From NCBI GenBank assembly GCA_038087875.1, contig CM075988.1, positions 23,314,001 to 23,378,000 on the forward strand: a stretch of 64,000 bases of DNA, read 5' to 3'. The position numbers and the translations under genes are program-made. The stretch's first letter is position 1. Every line of letters begins with the position of its first letter. Shown piece by piece: positions 61,197-64,000 of the stretch. Below the pieces are notes generated by a model, which made no database searches, was not told the origin of the DNA, and saw nothing but the letters and a program-made list of their open reading frames with translations. This DNA comes from Malacoraja senta (lineage: Eukaryota).

Positions 61197-63544
61197 GTGA
61201 GATCACTTATGGGGCCTGGGCTGTGTCGTGGAGTCATCAGTGTGGAAACAGGCTCTACGGCCCAACTTGCCCACAGCGGCCAACATGTGCCACCTGCCTG
61301 CCTTTGCTCCATATCCCTCCAAACCTGTCCTATCCATGTACCTGTCTAACTCTTTCTTAAACGTTGTGATATTCCCAGCCTCAACTCCCTCCTCTGGCAG
61401 CTCGTTCCATACACCCACCACCCTTTGTGTGAAAAAGTCACCCCTCAAGATTCCTATTCAATCTTTCCCCTATCACCTTAAACCTATGTCCTCTGGTGCT
61501 CGATTCCCCTACTCTGGGCAAGAGACTCTATGAGTCTACCCGATCTATTCCTCTCATGATTTTATACACCTCTATAAGGTAATTGCTCAGTAAATTGTAA
61601 GAAATGTAACAAAGTTGTTCAACATATAATGGCACGGTGGCTATTTGTAGAAGACAAGGCCATTCAGCCCATTGAGCTATACTTACTCCCTCTGCAATAA
61701 TGGTCTTAGTCCACTTCCACCATTGTTTATTTTCCATGGTCCTTGCAACTCCCTCATTTTACCACTTGTTGGAGCCAGAGAACCAGGTCCTTATATCACT
61801 GTCCACCATTTTACCAATTTTGGAGTCACTTGCAAATTTACTAACCACGTGAACTGAATTGTAATCCCCATCATTGAAACAGATGACAAACAACACTGGC
61901 CCCGGCACAGATCCCAGTAGCATTGCACATTGGGGTGGCACGGTGGCACAGCGGTAGAGTTGATGCCTTTATCCACAGTGTGTGTAGGATAATGTTAGTG
62001 TATCGCTGGTCGGCGCGGACTCGGTGGGCCGAAGGGCCTGTTTCCGAACTGTATCTCTAAACTAAACTAAGCACTGGTCACAAGGCTCCAATCAGAACCT
62101 CAGTTCCACCCTCTGACTCCCGTATATAAAATTATGAAAGGCTCGATATGGTAGACAGTCAGAACCTTTTTCCCAGGAAGAAAAGTCAGATACTGGAGGG
62201 CGCAGCTTTAAGGTGAGAGTGGCAAAGTTTAAGGGAGGTGTGCAGGGCATGTGGAGAGAGCAAGTTTTTAAAATGCCGCATTCATATCTGCCTCAACCAC
62301 CTCCCCTGGCAGCGCTGCCAGGGAAGGTGGCTGAGGCAGATATGAATGCGGCATTTTAAAAACTTTTGGGTATGCAGGGAATGGAGGAACACAGGTAATG
62401 GGCAGCTAGATAAGAAATGGTCTTGGCATCATGTTCGGCACATACATTCTGGGCCGAAGGGCCTTTTCTTGTGCTGTACTGTTCTATGTTCCATCAAGCC
62501 AATTTTGAATCCAATTAGTTATCTCAGAAGTGACCTTATGTAATTACTGTAAATCTCCAGGCTAACATAACGACCTAATTTACAGTTCATTTCACCCACT
62601 AGAACAGTTCAGTTTAGTTTATTGTCACGTGTACTGAGGTACAGTGAAGAGCTTTAGTCGCGTGCTATCCAGCCAGCAGAAAGACAATACATGATTACAA
62701 TTGAGTCGTTTACCGTGTATAGATGCATTTTTTAACGTGGGTGTTGGCTCGAGTTCCCAGGGGAAATACGCACAGCCACAAAGGGAACGTGCAAACTCCT
62801 CACAGACCGCACCCAAGGCCACAATTTGAACCCGGGTCCCTGAAGCTGCGGTCAGAGAATTTTGAATATTTTTCCATGGAAAGAATTTGAAATAAATGTT
62901 ATTTTGTAATGAAACATTAGACACAACCCGATTGCTAAAATACGCAGATTGCTCGCAACCGTGCATCTAGCGTACCTGAACCAATATTACAAACACATAG
63001 ATAGACACAAAATGCTTGAGTAAGTCAGCGGGACAGGCAGCATCTCTGGAGAGAAGGAATGGGCGATGTTTCGGGTCGAGACACTTCTTCGTAACCGCGT
63101 TTAAGTCATGTAATTCAATACAGATTGAGATTTAAACCTCGTCAACAATTAATGTGCAATGTTGTATTTGATTTGAGCTATCTTCCCTTAACTTTGCTTT
63201 GTGTTTTGGGTGGTGATAAAAGCAAGATCCTGTTGACAAAGTATAATTACAGTATACAGGGTTCATTGTTAAATAACCAGAGGCCGAGGTTAAATGGAGT
63301 TTAATTATTGTCTTGCGTTTGTTTGGCGTTAATTTCCTTTCAATATCACAGTTCCCGTGACATTCCACCCAATGTTACTACTCCACAGCTTCTCCCACTG
63401 AGTTTCTGACAGAATAAGTGGTAGAATCCTGCAGAAATTATAAGCTTTTTGATGGATTGCACCCCGAATTAATGGTCAGGCCTGTGCTTCTGACATGATG
63501 ATACCAATCAAATACTGAACTAAAATAAACTGACCTTAGACCTT

Positions 63545-64000
63545 AGACCTTTCTGTCCTGGGCCTCCTCCATGGCCAGAGTAAGTCCCACCGCAAATTGG
63601 AGGAACAGCACCTCATATTTCGCTTGGGTAGTTTACACCCCAGCGGTATGAGTCAAGTTGTTTTATTTATTTATATAGCACATTTTAAAAACAACTCTCG
63701 TTGGCCAAAGTGCTTTACATTGGTGGAGGTACTAACGTTATACAACAGTGGTTCATAGATTAAATACAAACATCACTACATACATAAAGCCCTCGCTCAG
63801 AGGACGTCAAGAAAGGCTTGGGAGTAGAGATGAGTTTTAAGTCTCGACTTAAAGGAGTCGATGGAGGGGGCAGATCTGATGGGAAGAGGGATTGACTTCT
63901 CCAATTTCAGGTAGTCCTTGCTTTCTCCCTCCTTCCCCTCCCCTTCCCAGCTCTCCCACAGCCTACTGTCTCCGCCTCTTCCTTTCTTCTTCCCGTGCCC
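63545..64000 (+). mobile_element. Penelope-like 3' coding fragment interrupted by an L2 tail
   Basis: SVLGLLHGQSKSHRKLEEQHLIFRLGSLHPSGM, resuming IDFSNF after the 63652-63890 insertion. Confidence 0.85.

Overview
Eukaryotic, repeat-dense genomic DNA, almost certainly from a cartilaginous fish (shark/skate/ray). The evidence is the abundant HE1-type tRNA-derived SINEs with CR1/HER1-type tails; the species cannot be determined from sequence alone. Two host genes lie head-to-head. RNF26 (ER-membrane RING E3 ligase) has a single coding exon on the minus strand, 6174-7556, with a CpG-island promoter containing a 44-bp minisatellite and CHR, CCAAT and E2F motifs. An MCAM/CD146-like Ig-superfamily gene on the plus strand has six consecutive, phase-compatible internal exons (44135-61196). 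Its signal-peptide exon was not found and may lie in the 200-N gap; its 3' exons lie beyond the window. The rest is mobile DNA: a full-length decayed Tc1, a solo LTR with a 4-bp TSD, PIF/Harbinger-like MITEs, an unclassified ~1-kb TIR element, CR1, Rex1, L1 and L2 fragments, and many Penelope-like terminal repeats. The most interesting non-obvious signal is that those Penelope repeats carry a minimal hammerhead-ribozyme core (CUGAAGA-hairpin-GAAACGUH), including a tandem pair and long inverted hairpins just downstream of MCAM exons. I see no clearly new multi-gene system. Repeat boundaries are approximate unless a TSD is quoted.
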